The notes beneath the pieces are model-generated. The model made no database searches and had not been told where the DNA came from. It worked only from the letters and a program-made list of their open reading frames with translations. This document shows positions 25,421-39,675 of a DNA stretch of 64,000 nucleotides, piece by piece; position 1 is the first letter of the stretch; each line of letters opens with the position of its first letter. The position numbers and the translations under genes are program-made. Where the stretch lies: contig NC_085842.1 in assembly GCF_035594765.1 (NCBI RefSeq), positions 1,302,001 to 1,366,000 on the forward strand. Direction: 5' to 3'. The DNA comes from Anolis carolinensis. Lineage: Eukaryota.

Positions 25421-26303
25421 TTAAATATAATTAGTACATTATTGGTTAAATGTTTGCCTTGTACAGCAGAGTCTCACTTATCCAACATAAACAGGCCGGC
25501 AGAATGTTGGATAAGTGAATATGGTGGCTAATAAGGAGAGATTAAGAAAAAGCCTATTAAACATCAAAATAGGCTATGATTTTACAAATTAAGCACCAAA
25601 ACATCATGTTATACAACAAATTTGACAGAATAATAATAATAATAATAATTTTATTATTATAATTTTATTCTTATACCCCATCTCCCCGAAGGGACTTGGG
25701 GTGGCTTACATGGGGCCAAGCCCAAACAGAACAATAAAAACAAGACAAGAAAACCAATGAAACCAATAATCAAACCATAAAAACAAGTCATAAAAACCAC
25801 ATACAAGATAAAATGTTAAAATCATGGATTAGGTTCAAAGAATCTAGGCCAAAGTGCTAAGAGTGCAAATAAATCATATCATCAAGGGAAAGAGGTTACT
25901 CAGCTATAATGGCTATAAAGTGCCATTATAATGCTGGAGAAGGCATTCACTGAAATGGACAACCGGTCGATGATACAGAGATCAGTCACCAAAAGCCTCC
26001 CGGAAAAGCCAAGTCTTCAGGCTCGTCTGAAAGGAGAGGAGCGTAGGGGCCTGCCTAATCTCCCCGGGGACCGAGTTCCAGAGCCGGGGGGGCCACGAAT
26101 GTGTAGTTCATTACACATTAATGCTATGTAGTAATTACTGTATTTACGAATTTAGCAACAAAATATCACGATGTATTGAAAACACTGACTACAAAAATGA
26201 GTTGGATAATCCAGAACGTTGGATAAGTGAGACTCTACTGTATGTGTACAATGGGATCCGCCCTGAGTCCCCTTCAGGGTGAGAAAGAAGGGCGGAATAT
26301 AAA

Positions 26304-26807
26304 TCTATATATATAAAAGGGTAATGAAATTTCGGCCTAGGACAAAACAACAAAACTACACATCCCAGAAACACTAAACTTGGCAGCACAACCCCTCATT
26401 CATGCCTCTACGTTCATACAACAAAAAGAAAAGAAAAATAAAGTCCTAATTAGAGGGAGAGGAATAATTGTTTTTATCCAATTGCTGACAGGAGGCTAAG
26501 CTCCGCCAACTTGGTCTCCTAGCAACCCACTCAGCCCAGGGGACAGGCAGAGTTAGGCCTCACTATGGCCTCTTCCACACTGCCTATAAAATACAGATTA
26601 TCAGATTTTAACTGGATTATACGGCAGTGTAGACTCAAGGCCTTTCCACACAGCTCTATAACCCATTTATAATCTTATATTATCTGCTTTGCACTGGATT
26701 ATCTTGACTCCACACTGCCATATCATCCACTTCAGTGTGCATTTTATCCAGCTGTGTAGAAGGGGCCTCATACTTCGCCACAGCAACGCATGGCCGGGCA
26801 CAGCTAG
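26304..26807 (+). mobile_element. Non-autonomous Helitron, complete
   Basis: A|TC...gccacagcaacgcatggc...CTAG|T; no TSD. Confidence 0.9.
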
Positions 26808-27039
26808 TACTGCAAATAAAATAAATAAATGATACAGGAAAGAAAGGAGATGCCACCTGAACCTGAGGAAGAACTTCCTGACTGTGCGAGCTGTTCAGCA
26901 GTGGAACTCTCTGCCCCGGCGGAGGGAGTGCGGCGGAGGCTCCTTCTCTGGATGGCCATCTGTCGGGGGTGCTTTGAATGTGGCCAGAATGGGGTTGGGC
27001 TGGATGGCCGCGAGGTCTCTTCCAAGCCTAGGAGACCCC

Positions 27040-27474
27040 TTCGGGACCCCCTTTGAGCCCAGGTGGGGGTTGGAGGCGTGAGCCACACCGAAGGCCCGGA
27101 GAAGCGGGCAGGGGGTGTGCGTGTGGAGATCGATCTCGATCTCCTCACAGTCATGGATGAAGGCCTTCTTCCGACTCTCCTCACGCCCTCACACGCACTC
27201 CGCCCACAAGGCCTCCCTCCAGTCACGAACCTGGGCAGGGTCGGCGCCTCTCCCACGACAGGGCCCAACCTGAAGCCCGCGGAGGCCTTCCCGCCCTCGG
27301 CCTGTCTGTCTGCCTGTCTCCAAGGGAACGGGGCGCGGCCGGCCTGGCCGTGACGTCACCCCGTAGGCCTACTTCCGCCCGGCCCCGTCATGGCGGGCGG
27401 AGGCAGGCGCCCAAAGAGAGGCGGGGCTTGGCCTTAAAGGAGCAGGAGCGCAGCAAGGAGACAGAGAGAGAGAG
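27040..27474. promoter_or_regulatory. CpG-rich promoter block, likely ZNF gene 2 promoter
   Basis: CRE TGACGTCA at 27351, ACTTCCGCCCGG...ATGGCGG; paralogue of 8880-9350. Confidence 0.7.
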
Positions 27475-27670
27475 NNNNNNNNNNNNNNNNNNNNNNNNNN
27501 NNNNNNNNNNNNNNNNNNNNNNNNNNNNNNNNNNNNNNNNNNNNNNNNNNNNNNNNNNNNNNNNNNNNNNNNNNNNNNNNNNNNNNNNNNNNNNNNNNNN
27601 NNNNNNNNNNNNNNNNNNNNNNNNNNNNNNNNNNNNNNNNNNNNNNNNNNNNNNNNNNNNNNNNNNNNNN
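27475..27670. other. Assembly gap (196 N)
   Basis: Run of n. Confidence 1.
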
Positions 27671-28139
27671 CCCATCTCCCCAATGGGGACTCGGAGCGGC
27701 TTACATGGGGACCAAGCCCGAAAACATACAACAATAAAATGCTGAAACAGTTATACCAAAAATAAAACATCAATATCAATAAAACCATCATAGTAATCAA
27801 CATATAGCATAAAATATTAAAAGCAGAAGAGTAAAACAAGGATCTGGGCCAAAGTGCAAAGTATATCAAATGGGAGAGGTAGTTTCTCAATAAAGTGCAA
27901 ATAAGACCTGTAGTTGGAGGAAGGAAGGAAGGGCTTTCTGTGCCCTTTGTAAATAATAATAATAATAATAATAATAACTTTATTTTTATACCCCGCCCCA
28001 TCTCCCCAAAGGGACTCGGGGCGGCTCACATGGGGCCAGGCCCAATACAACAATAAAAAAACCAATCGCAAATGTCCCTCTAGCGATCTCCCAAACCTGG
28101 ACATGTAATCCTTTCTGGGGTTTTTTTTTGGGGGGGGGT

Positions 28140-28391
28140 GGTTTTTTTTTTGTGTCAGGAGAAACCAGAGTTGCTTCTGGAGTGAGAGAATTAGCCATCT
28201 GCAAGGACGTTGCCCAGGGGACATTGCCCGGATGTTTTGATGTTTTACCATCCTTGTGGGAGGCTTCTCTCATGTCCCCGCATGGAGCTGGAGCTGAGAG
28301 AGGGAGCTCATCCGCACTCTCCCCGGGTGGGATTCGAACCTGGCAGTGTTCAGGTCAGCAACCCAACCTTCAAGTCAGGAGGCTTTTATCC
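28140..28391 (-). mobile_element. tRNA-derived SINE (third family)
   Basis: Reverse strand: ggagcctccggtggc head, ggttcgaatccc B-box, poly(A) tail. Confidence 0.7.
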
Positions 28392-29719
28392 CCTAAGCCA
28401 CCGGAGGCTCCGATCCCTTCTGTGTGAGAGTGACAGGCAGACAATCCTTTCATCAGGAGGGCTCTTTGGCACTGTTTACCTAGCCAGATGTGTCGAGTGG
28501 TTTATGATTCCCACGAAAGGCATGGCCAAGTAAGGATAAATAAATTAGCCTTTCGAATGCGTACCCGACCCTCGGGATATGTAGCATCATCACCTTGTGT
28601 CTTCCGTGCCCGGCACTTTTGTCTTCTTCAGATTTAGACTTTAAGTCAGCCAAGGACTCACCTGCCTTCCCACGCCATCGCCCTCATCAGTTCTGTGCCC
28701 TCCGCAGGGTCTCTTCGCAACTGAATGGACCCTCAAACCCTCCAAAAATTGGCTCTTCTTCCTGCCATGAAGTGTGAGGGCAGTTGGGAAAATATAATAT
28801 TAATTTCACAATTAAGATCAAAATTAGAATTATAAAGATTCTAAAATACCTTGATCAGAAAGCACTGCTTCAAAGCTGTTTTCCCTTGTACATTTCCACA
28901 GAACACATCTATCGATTTCTCCCCTTGGCACAATAGGTAAAGGTTTCCCCTGAAATGTCCGACTCTGACCTGAAGAGCCGGCGTTGTCCGTAGACACCTC
29001 CAAGGTCATGTGGCCGGCATGACTGCATGGAGCGCCATTACCTTCCCACCTATTGATCTACTCACATTGACATGTTTTCGAAATGCTAGGTTGGCAGAAG
29101 CTGGAGCAACAGCGGGTGCTCACTCCGCTCCCGGGATTTGAACCTGGGACCTTTCGGTCTGAAAGTTCAGCAGCTCAGTACTTTAACACACGTCACCACC
29201 GGGGCTCCCGTTTAAACATGCACAATAGTCCAAGAGAGGCCTTCCCTCCACTCTCTGGAGCAGGGACTCCCAAACTCTATTCCTCCAGAACTCACCCAGA
29301 ACTCCCAGCTGCCTTGGTCCAAGGTCAGGGATTCTGGGACATGGAGTCCCCAGGAGGTGGAAGGCCAGGGCTTGGGAAGGGAGGCTCCCGAGAAGGGACA
29401 AGGCTTCCACGGCTAAACAGCTCTTACCATCCGGAAATGATTCCTAATGTTTAGGTGGAAGCTTCTTTCCCGCAATGTGAATCAGTTGCTTTGTATTTTA
29501 GTCTCCAGAGAAGCAGGAAAAAAATGCTCTTTTCTCCTCAATGGGACATCCTTTCAAATATTGGCTCTCTTGTCCCCTGGCCTTTTTCCTCCTCCGAATT
29601 AAACACACCCCACTCCCTCAGCCATTCCCTAGAGCCCTTCTCTGCACACATTCTAGCATCTCAAATTTTTGCTTGAATTGTGCTGCCCATAACTGGACAC
29701 AGGGTTATCCCATTGTAAT

Positions 29720-30095
29720 TGTTGTACACGATTCTTAAGAATTCAACAAGATACATACCCTGAATTACATCTTCACATCACATTGAGACATTTCACTACA
29801 TGTGCATCCAAAAATGTAATGTATGTCCATGTAAATTGTTATATGCGGGTATGACTTCTAGGGCATCGCGAACACAGATACAGGAACACTGATACACAGA
29901 CTCCACTTTATATACCCACTTTCAAGAAAACTCTCGTTCTGATGAGAGTTTTACATTCTTTGCAATAGAGAAAGTAAAACCTACTGGAGATAGAAAAAGA
30001 CTTCTTGTACAAAGGAGACTTTCTGGACCTTTATATTAAATTCTGTATTCCCTAAAGGACTGAATGAGAGGCTTGACTTCACCTGCTATCTGTAG
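29720..30095 (+). mobile_element. Degraded Neptune-type Penelope-like GIY-YIG fragment
   Basis: Hand translation across frameshifts gives CPCKLLYAGMTSR and ETFW...PKGLNERLDF. Confidence 0.6.
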
Positions 30096-31930
30096 TTAAG
30101 CAGAGTATTTTAGGTCATGACGCAAGCCAGACGGCACTTGCAACTTGAAAAAACGCATAGAGCCCTGCATGCGCAACAACATGAAAGTCAATTTTATTTC
30201 TGTACATTTCTGTATAAAAGGTAAAGGTTTCCCCTGACGTTAAGTCCAGTCGTGACCGACTCTGGGGGTTGGTGCTCATCTCCATTTCTAAGCCGAAGAG
30301 CCGGCGTTGTCCGTAGACACCTCCAAGGTCATGTGGCCGGCATGACTGCATGGAGCGCCTTTATATTTCTGTATATACTAGACTAAGAATTGAACAACAT
30401 ATGGGGTGTTTACACATATCTATTTAGGTACAACAATTACAGTTACTATAAGTATGTGCCTATGTTTAGAATATTAACATGGAAAGGCCTTGAATTTAAG
30501 CAAGACTGAGCAAGTGTAATTAAGATTAAGAGAGACAGTACTGTATCCACAACTTACCGTAGTCAACTATGAGAAGATTCAGAGAACACAGTTTGAATAG
30601 GACTATAATCATACATCAAAAGACTGTTAAAGATCTATTACAAATATACACCACCTGAAGAAGGATCCCTCGGAACGAGACATTGTACCCGGGATGACTT
30701 GTTGTATAGTTGTGTTTATATATACACCATATTCTTGGACTGTTTTCCATTTGAGATTGATGTATGTTTTGCTTTATGCGTACATAATAAGATAGTACCC
30801 AGTTGGGACTGTAAAGAAAATACTCAGCAATACAAGCATACTGTCTTATGAATATACACACTTAAATCTGTATGAGAACATATATATTTAAGTTTTCTCT
30901 GTTGATACCATTCTTGTAGCATTATCCCAGGGGAGGTCTGATCAAAGTGTAGAAGAGAGTCAACTAAAACTTACTGGGATCTAAACATCATGCTCCCGTT
31001 GGTACAGGCTAAAATCACATTGGCTTTTTAAAGCTGCTGTATCACATTCTTTTTAAAAAATATATTTATTGAAATACAAAAAAAAGAAAAGAAAAACAAA
31101 CCCAAGCATGTTTACACAAATTACAATTTTGGTATTTAAAAACAGTATTTTTAAACAAATAATAATTTTGGTACATTTTTTAAAAAAGCAACTACATAAT
31201 AATTATAAAGGGAACAAGGACACACACCTGCAGAATAAGAACAAAACTGACAACAAATACTAGTCTACGAAACTCTCGCTCACTATATGATTTGTAGCTC
31301 TATTTACTCGATTTCCTTTCAATGCTGTTCTATACTCTATACTTCATCAATGTAGTTAATGTGATGAAGTATATGATTCATGAATCAACGGATTCATGAA
31401 TCTTCATCAGTCATTGCCATCATTGTCTTCCATTCTCTGCAGTTGGGGAGATATGCTGTGTATCCTAATGGACCCTTTGCCAAAGGTGGGGATTAAACAG
31501 TCTCATATCCAGAAAGGGTTTCACTCTAATGGCCTCCTGTTCTAGGGCTCTCTTGGTATAAAGTCTGAGGTTTATTAAACAAACACAAGTCAAGCCAAGA
31601 CCATATTAACTTATAGGAAAACTAAAATCTTCAGTCCGGCTAAAACAGTGATTCTCAAACTTTGGTCCGTGGACCGCCAGTGGTCCACAAGAACTAAAAT
31701 AGGGTCCACGGCCTCACCGTTACTGCACTGTTGCAATGAGAGCGAGTAGTCTCGCAAAACCCTCTTATAGTGCCGAGGCTTATTGAATATGGTTTTCTGT
31801 GGGCGAGCAGATGGCGACTACTGGGTGGCATATGTTCTGTATCAGGAACTAGAGCTGATGTGGTCTCTCCAATGCAGTTTTCTGAATCATCACCCCAAAT
31901 AACCAAACGAAATCTAAAGTTGACCAAAAA

Positions 31931-34900
31931 CTAATAGGCAAATCAAAGATAACATCAGAATTTTAATTAACACGATTGATTATTATGAAAAACATAATGA
32001 AAAACAACTGGCCTTATTATTTATAGACGCTGAAAAGGCATTTGACAAAATTAATTGGGACTATCTAAAATTGTTGTTGAAAGAATTGGATATAGGATAC
32101 AAATTTAAAAATGCGATAGAAGCCATCTACACCAACCAAGAAGCAACATTAGTAATAGACAAGAATGCAAAAAACCTATCCAAATCAACCGAGGAACGAG
32201 ACAGGGATGTCCACTATCGCCATTACTGTTCATTCTAATGATGGAAACTTTGGTAAGAGACATAAATGAAGAACAAATCTTGGAAGGATTGAAAATAAGG
32301 AATTATAAATTTAAATTGAGAGTATATGCAGACGATGTGGTCTGCATTGTTGAAAACCCGCTTAAAAATATTAACGCTTGGCTGGAAAAAATTGAAAAAT
32401 TTGGGAAAATAGCGGGCTTCAAATTAAACAAACAAAAAACCAAAATATTAACTAAAAATATGGATGGTAAGGCAAAGGAGCAGCTAGAGATCAAAACAGA
32501 GAATAAAATAAAATATCTGGAAGTGATATTGATCTCTAGTAATGCTAAGTTGTTGAAAAATAACTATGAACAATTGTGGACAAAGATACAAAGAGATTTA
32601 GAAAAATGGAAATACCAAAATTTCTCCCTTCTAAGACGCATTGCGATAATTAAAATGGCCATCTTATCTCAGTTACTATTTCTATTCCAAACGTTGCCAA
32701 TAATTAGAAATGAGCATCTCTTCAAAAAATGGAATTCGGACATGTAAGGATGTTATGAGTTAACAGAAATTATTATTAATATGATTTTATTTGTTTGTTA
32801 AAAAAAAGGAAGGAGTTATATATTAATGAAGGCAGGCCTCGCATAGAAGCCAGCTGGAAACAGTATACAACAGGTTGCCATAGCAACATAGCCTCTCTCT
32901 GGAGGAGAAGGGGGTGTGGCTTAGTTGGCAGTTAAAGCTTAAACCCTTTTAAAAAGTTGTTGCTGTTCGACTTTTGAAGAAGTTAGTGGCTGTTTGAATC
33001 AGCTGAAGAGAGGTTGCTCTTTGACAGCTTAGAAAAGCTGGGAAATTGAGGCTTGTTCACACAAGCAGACGGCAGCTTATTGTCATTCAGGGAAAGGCTG
33101 AGGATATAAGCTGACCGGGAGTTTAGTCAAGAGGGATTTGGTCAATTAAAAAAAAAAAAAAGATCAATCCACGGCTTGATTGTTAAAGTGATAGTTAGAT
33201 CACTGCTCTTTGAAGAGAAGTTGTTTAAGAAGTATTCATACAAATAAGATTGCACTATAACTCAAGATCCTGAAACGTCTATATATTGCAACCACAAGCT
33301 TATGTACAAATAAACTTGAACTTCGTTGTTGTTCATAAAGATCAGTCTCCTTGCCTCACTCTGTGCCTAAGGGAAAGCCATTACCATTTACCATTTATCA
33401 TTTACGTTAAAAGACATTACCTCATGTTGGTGGCAGTTACCTTACCTTCTTATATAAGTTACCATATTTATTCATATAAATTCCTCAGTTCTGTTATCCT
33501 TCCTTATCCTCCAAATCCTCCTGATATATATACTCCCTCCAGACATATTTTCCCTCCATATTTTAAGGCCAGTTCACAGGACACAACGAAATTTATATGG
33601 AAAAACAAAAAACCAAGGATAAAACTAAAGATACTAATGGATGACAAAAAGAGAGGAGGACTCGGTTTACCTGATCTCAAGTTGTACTATAAAGCCTGTA
33701 GTCTGGTATGGTTGAAGGATTGGACTACTTTGAACCAAACTAAATTATTAATACTAGAAGGCCATGATTTAAGATCTGGGTAGCATGACTATCTATGGTA
33801 TAACAAAAGGAAAATCGAAAAAGATTTCGGAAGTCATTTTATTAGGGCCTCCCTAATTAGAATATGGGAAAAATACAAAACCCCATTATGGATTTCTCCT
33901 ATAGAGGCGAGACACAAAAGAGAATTGGCCACGGAAAATTGGCTTACTTACCAACAATTACTTAAAAAACCCGATAATCAAGAATTAGTAATCAAATCAC
34001 AAGAAGAAATGATGCAGGAATTAAAAAAATTAACATGGTTCCAATACTTCCAAATAAAACAATGTTATAAAGAAGATGCAAAAACAGGCTTTAAACAAGA
34101 ACAAAGTCTATGGGAACTAGTAATAAAAAAGGAAAAAAAATTATAAGAACAATATACCAACAACTACTTCAATGGAACACAGAAGATGAACAGATCAAAG
34201 ACTGTCAAATAAAATGGGCACAGGACTTTGGACACAATATTAGAATAAATCAGTGGGAAGAAATCTGGAACAAAAAACTAAAATTCTCCACAGCAATTGA
34301 CATATGTGAAACTTGGTACAAAATGCAATTTCGGTGGTACCATACACCTGCCAAGATTGCAGAATTTAACAAAATAATGTCCAATAAATGTTGGAAATGC
34401 AAAAAGGAAATTGGCACTTTCTTCCATCAATGGTGGACATGTAAAATAGTTAAAAAGTTCTGGAAAGACATACAGAAGATTTCACAAAAATATTAAAAGT
34501 CAATTTCGCCTTAACGCCAGACATGTACCTGCTCGGCTTAACAAATGTAAAACTAAATGTAAATCAAGACAAAATGTTTTTCCTTATGTGTACGGCGGCA
34601 AGACTTGTCTTAGCCAAAGTGTGGAAACTGGAGAAAATACCATTCCCAAATGACTGGACCTTGAAAATGTTTGACTTAATACAGATGGGCTGTCTGACAC
34701 AAAAACTAAGAAATGCAAAAAACAAAACAAAACAAAAACAAAACAGACTGGTCGGGCTTTAAAGAATTTATTCAGAGTAGAGGAACACCACTCATTATAA
34801 ATCTATCTGATGTATAAACGGTAATAATGGAATAAAAACTGGAACAAACAACAGTTGAAAAATGCAAGGAAAAACAATTACCCTAAAGAGGACAATGGGA

Positions 34901-35046
34901 AGTCATAGTTTTAACTCACGGGATGTATGTGGGTTCCTTTTTTAAAAAACCTATTTTTTCCTACTTTCTTATACCTCCACAACCAATATTTTCCCCCACT
35001 TTCGCTGTAATTATCAGAATAATCACAATAAAAACTATTTTTAAAA
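31931..35046 (+). mobile_element. 5'-truncated L1-clade LINE (ORF2 RT to C-terminal CCHC, disrupted)
   Basis: DAEKAFD, GTRQGCPLSP, YADD, GGLGLPD, CWKC...HQWWTC. 21-bp TSD AAATCTAAAGTTGACCAAAAA at 31910-31930 and 35047-35067. Confidence 0.92.
32743..33578 (+). mobile_element. Solo LTR inserted in the L1
   Basis: TG...CA termini, 5-bp TSD GGACA; L1 coding sequence resumes after it. Confidence 0.85.
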
Positions 35047-35351
35047 AAATCTAAAGTTGACCAAAAATTGATTCGTAACCCTTTTGGTACTAATTTTGGA
35101 GAGTGGTCCCTGGTCAAAGTGGTCCCTGTTCAACTGATCCCTAGTTTAAAAAATGTTGGGAACCACTGAGCTAAAATAATACAATTGGAGCGACACAGTC
35201 AAAGGAACAATGAACACAAGTGCAGGTCAAGAGTCCAATTAATGCAGACAATTCTGCAAATCCAGGTCAGGAGCAAAAATAAACAAGGGCCAAGGTTACA
35301 GTCCAATAGTCACATGCCAGGAGTTCATTCAGCAGAATCCATCAAATATTA

Positions 35352-35400
<49 letters not shown>

Positions 35401-35802
35401 TATTATAACAACCAAAAAATCAAAAGTACAAACCGAATGTAGAGTCCCAAAGTCAAGCCAGAAAGTCAGGGATACAAACAAAGTCCAAGTCCATAAACGA
35501 AACCAGCACATCAGTCCAGAACTTAAAGGCAACGATTCAGGATACAACAAAATCCAGAAGAGGGTTACGGGTGCAGGGGTAGAGTCCAAAATGTTAACCA
35601 AGGGGCAGTAATAATAATAACACTTTATATTCCGCCCTATCTCCCCAAAGGGACTCAGGACGGATCACAGTACACACAATACACATACAGGGCAAACATA
35701 CAATGCCGTTGAATGCAGTAGAGACAGGAGTATGAAGATATGACGCTATCTGTTATCAAAGAGCTATTCTTTTTTCAGAACCCTTTTATCCAGAGATGAG
35801 AA

Positions 35803-35851
<49 letters not shown>

Positions 35852-36279
35852 TATTTTTATACCCTGACTCCATCTCCCCGAGGGGACTCGGGGCGGCTTA
35901 CATGGGGCCAAGCCCGGATAAAACAAACAAACCAAAATAAAATAACATCAGAAAATACAAAACACAAGAATTAAAATGAACATTTTAAAATATAAAAATA
36001 ATAAACATCAGAAAAACATGGATTTGGCACCCAAGAAAAGAGGATAGAACGAACTGGGTAAGGTGAAAAGCGCCCCTCTGAGTGACATCTGCTCCCAGTA
36101 GCCTTCGACCAAGGCCACAAACTGCGAATCATGGTGGAGAGAGAGAGCAAGGTGCTGGCCTTCCTCTTTCCACCCAATTTTTTTTTGGAGAAAGCTTGGA
36201 AATTCAAAGGCACGTACCCTCGAGCGGCGCATGAGTTCTGTGATGTCTAATGTATGCTGAACTCTCTAAAGCTCTTTCC

Positions 36280-36460
36280 ATATTCCGTGTATTTATGTGG
36301 CTTCCCCCGTGTGGGTCCTCTGATGGGAATGCGAATTTCCACTGTGACTGAAGCTCTTTCCCCATTCCATGAATTTCTATGGCTTCTTCCCTATTTGGGT
36401 CCTTTGATAGGAATGCAGATTGTTACTCTGACTGAAACTTTCTCCATATTCTATGCATTT
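36280..36460 (-). pseudogene. Decayed zinc fingers downstream of the gene 3 stop
   Basis: About two further finger units with lost Cys/His and a second stop. Confidence 0.75.
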
Positions 36461-37438
36461 CTATGGCTTCTCCCCTGTGTGGGTCTTTTGATGGTTACGC
36501 AGATTTTTACTATACCTGAAGCTCTTTCCACATTCCACGCATTTATAGGGCTTCTCCCCTGTATGGGTCCTTTGATGGGTACACAGATTGCTTCTCTCAC
36601 TGAAGCTCTTTCCACATTCCATGCATTTATGTGACTTCTCCCCTGTGTGGGTCTTTTGATGGGAACGTAGAGCGTTACTGTGACTGAAGCTCTTTCCACA
36701 TTCTATGCATTTATGTGGCTTCTCCCCTGTGTGGCTCCTTTGATGGGCCTTCAGATTTCCACTCTGACTGAAGCTCTTTCCACATTCCACACATGTATAT
36801 GGCTTTTCACCTGTGTGGGTCCTTTGATGGTAACGTAGACTGTCACTGCGACTGAAGCTCTTTCCACAATTCATGCATTTATGTGGCTTCTCCCCTGTGT
36901 GGGTCCTTTGATGGGAACGTAGATTACCACTCTGATTGAAGAATTTTCCACATTCTATGCATTTATATGGCTTTCCCCCTGTGTGGGTCCTTTCATGGGA
37001 CTGCAGACTTCCATTCCGACTGAAGCTTTCTCCACATGCCATGCATTTGTATGGCTTCTCCCCTGTGTGCTTCCTTTGATGGGAACGTAGATTGCCGCTG
37101 TGACTGAAGCTTTGTCCACATTCCATGCATTTATGTGGCTTCTCCCCTGTGTGGGTCCTTTGATGGGAATGTAGATTGCCACTGAGTCTGAAGCTTTTTC
37201 CACATTCCATACATTTATATGGTTTCTCCCCTGTGTGGGTGCTTTGATGGGAACGTAGACTGCCACTGCAGCTGAAGCTTTCTCCACATTCTATGCATTT
37301 ATAGGGCTTCTCTCCTGTGTGGGTCCGTTCATGTACATTAAGAAAGCGTTTCCTATCAAATTCTCTCCTCAATTCCATACACTGATGTGACTTCTCCCCT
37401 GTGTGTGATCTAGGATAGGGAGGTACAGGATTTGCCAT
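36461..37438 (-). CDS. C2H2 zinc-finger gene 3 (1 degenerate plus 10 intact fingers)
   Basis: ORF 36461-37459; true ATG at 37438; acceptor before exon start 37729. Confidence 0.85.
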   Translation of the reverse strand: MANPVPPYPRSHTGEKSHQCMELRREFDRKRFLNVHERTHTGEKPYKCIECGESFSCSGSLRSHQSTHTGEKPYKCMECGKSFRLSGNLHSHQRTHTGEKPHKCMECGQSFSHSGNLRSHQRKHTGEKPYKCMACGESFSRNGSLQSHERTHTGGKPYKCIECGKFFNQSGNLRSHQRTHTGEKPHKCMNCGKSFSRSDSLRYHQRTHTGEKPYTCVECGKSFSQSGNLKAHQRSHTGEKPHKCIECGKSFSHSNALRSHQKTHTGEKSHKCMECGKSFSERSNLCTHQRTHTGEKPYKCVECGKSFRYSKNLRNHQKTHTGEKP

Positions 37439-38399
37439 TCTTTTATATTTATAATTCAAATATTACGCCAGGGGTTCACAGATATAACCTCCTGAATAGC
37501 ACAGTCTTTGTATTGCTGTAGCCTTCTGCTCGCTTTCCCAAGCCTCTCTTTTTTCAGCACAATCTTATTTCCTTCTCCCAACTGCATAGGTTTGTAGCTT
37601 GAAATATATTTTTCTACTACTTTTTTTCTTGTTGTCATTGCTGTGTATCTTGAAGTCACTTTAGAGTTAGGGCACTCCTCGGGCAAAGCTCTCACGCAGT
37701 GTTCTTCACAGAACTTGTTCAGAAGTTACCTGCCAGAGAAAGAGAGGAAAATCTCTTCAGGAGTTGAACAGAGAAAGATCTTGTGACAAAAATATGAATA
37801 TATTATGTGTGGGTATGAATGAATTGAATGGAAGATGAATGAATGACAGCTGAATTTTGAAGACACCATTCAAACTACCTGTTTGCTCCATTGTAAATAA
37901 AACCTGCTAATGAGAGCTGAAATAGTTGACCTGCCTGGTAAACTGTGATAAGAACTGTGACTGATAAGAGGAATGTTTACTTGGATTATCCAGATGCTTG
38001 GATAAGTGAGGCTTGGATGAGTGAGACTCTACTGTAATGGATAAAAAATTAAGGGGAAAAAACTTAGATAAAATAGGGAATTGGACAAAGGTTGGAATGA
38101 AGAAGGAAAGGATTATGGATGAATTTAGAGAAATAAAATTGACATGGTTCCATTATATACAATTAGAACAATGTTTCAAAAAGTGGGTGAAGAATAATAA
38201 ACATAGAAGTAAGCTTAATCAGTTTGAACAAATAATACAAAATGGAAGGGATAGAGAGGAACAAAAAATGTGAAAGGAATAAGTAAAATATATAAAATAT
38301 TAATCGAAATAAATGAAGAAAAAGTAAATAACAAGGGGATTTTGGAAGATGTAGGAATGAAAATCAATGAAATGGAGTGGTCACAATTATTTGTGGAGG

Positions 38400-38900
38400 G
38401 GGGAGGGGGAGGAAGACCCCCGGGAGACCCCACTCCCCTCCGCCCCAGGCCTGGCCACACTCACCGGAGTCCCTGAGGGAGGCCAGGCCCAAACACCCGG
38501 ATGAAGGCAGGCAGGGCGGGAGAGGAGGCCCACGCGAGGCCCAGGCCTGGAATAGAGGACGCCCAAGACAAGGCCCCACTCCTCCGGAAGTGAGCTCAGA
38601 GGGAAGGGCGTCACCATATCCTCCCCTCCTGAGCACTTCCTCCGGCCTCTCTGGGAAGCAGAAGCCTCCCTCTCGCTCTACTTCCGCCCGGACTGAACAT
38701 GGCGGCCACGAGGAGGCGCCCTTAGAAAGGACTGGGGCTGAGCCTCCAAAGAACAGGGCTGAGGCTGCAAAGGGAGAGCCAAACAGGCAGACGGAGAAGA
38801 GGCTTCTTGGGCTGGCTTCCTTCCCTCCCATCTCCTGGGACTCCATCACCCAGAACCCCCGCCCTTGGCTCAAGGCAGCAGAGGCTTCTGGGAGTTGAAG
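38400..38900 (-). promoter_or_regulatory. CpG-rich promoter and first exon, likely ZNF gene 3
   Basis: ACTTCCGCCCGG...AACATGGCGGC (ETS plus YY1); minus-strand donor CCG/gtgagt after 38465; homologous to 56070-56170. Confidence 0.7.
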
Positions 38901-38969
38901 CTAGAAATGGTAAGGAGTGGAGCCTGGGAGTCCCTGCTGAAAAGAGTGGAGGGAAGGCCTCCCTTGGTC

Positions 38970-39019
<50 letters not shown>

Positions 39020-39021
<2 letters not shown>

Positions 39022-39675
39022 CAGGCTGTGCAAGGAAACCGACAAAACCATGGATCATATCCTCAGCTGCTGTAAGAAAATCGCACAGACAGACTACAAA
39101 CAGAGGCACAACTATGTGGCCCAAATGATTCATTGGAACTTATGCCTCAAGTACCACCTCCCAGCAGCAAAGAACTGGTGGGATCACAAACCTGCAAAAG
39201 TATTGGAAAATGAACATGCAAAGATACTGTGGGACTTCCGAATCCAGACTGACAAAGTTCTGGAACACAACACACCAGACATCACAGTTGTGGAAAAGAA
39301 CAAGGTTTGGATCATTGATGTTGCCATCCCAGGTGACAGTCGCATAGATGAAAAACAACAGGAAAAACTCAGCCGCTATCAGGACCTCAAGATTGAACTT
39401 CAAAGACTCTGGCAGAAACCAGTACAGGTGGTCCCGGTGGTGATGGGCACACTGGGTGCCGTGCCAAAAGATCTCAGCCGGCATTTGGAAACAATAGACA
39501 TTGACAAAATCACCATCTGCCAACTGCAAAAGGCCACCCTACTGGGATCTGCACACATCATCAGAAAATACATCACACAGTCCTAGACACTTGGGAAGTG
39601 CTTGACTTGTGGTTTTGCGAAACGAAATCCAGCATATCTATCTTGTTTGCTGTGCCATACAACGTCGTTGTGTTG
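39020..39675 (+). mobile_element. R4/Dong-clade non-LTR element, 5'-truncated, in (TAA)n
   Basis: CRLC...DHILSCC knuckle and PD...IIDVAIP...EK..RY restriction-like endonuclease; (aat)n on both sides. Confidence 0.88.

Larger units (their letters stand above)
24428..26830 (+). mobile_element. L2-tailed tRNA SINE interrupted three times
   Basis: Head gggccgggctgtggcgcagg with B-box gagttcaagg; body resumes at about 25446, 26241 and 26808. Confidence 0.75.
24305..27030 (+). mobile_element. CR1 3' fragment split by a nested TE stack
   Basis: 24305-24427 and 26832-27030 are consecutive parts of the CR1 sequence seen intact at 41840-42170. Confidence 0.7.
31646..35168. mobile_element. hAT-type MITE split by an L1
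   Basis: CAGTG...CACTG termini; 8-bp TSD ggctaaaa/agctaaaa. Confidence 0.7.

Noticed and set aside
27350-28001. ORFs spanning the N run
   Set aside because: Gap artefacts.
30650-30700. CUGAAGA...CGAGAC hammerhead-like motif after the Neptune-type fragment
   Set aside because: GAAA box is mutated and the stems are unconvincing.
36254-36699. Antisense and alternate-frame ORFs over finger arrays (also 13071-13817 and 48038-49042)
   Set aside because: Known shadow frames of C2H2 repeats.
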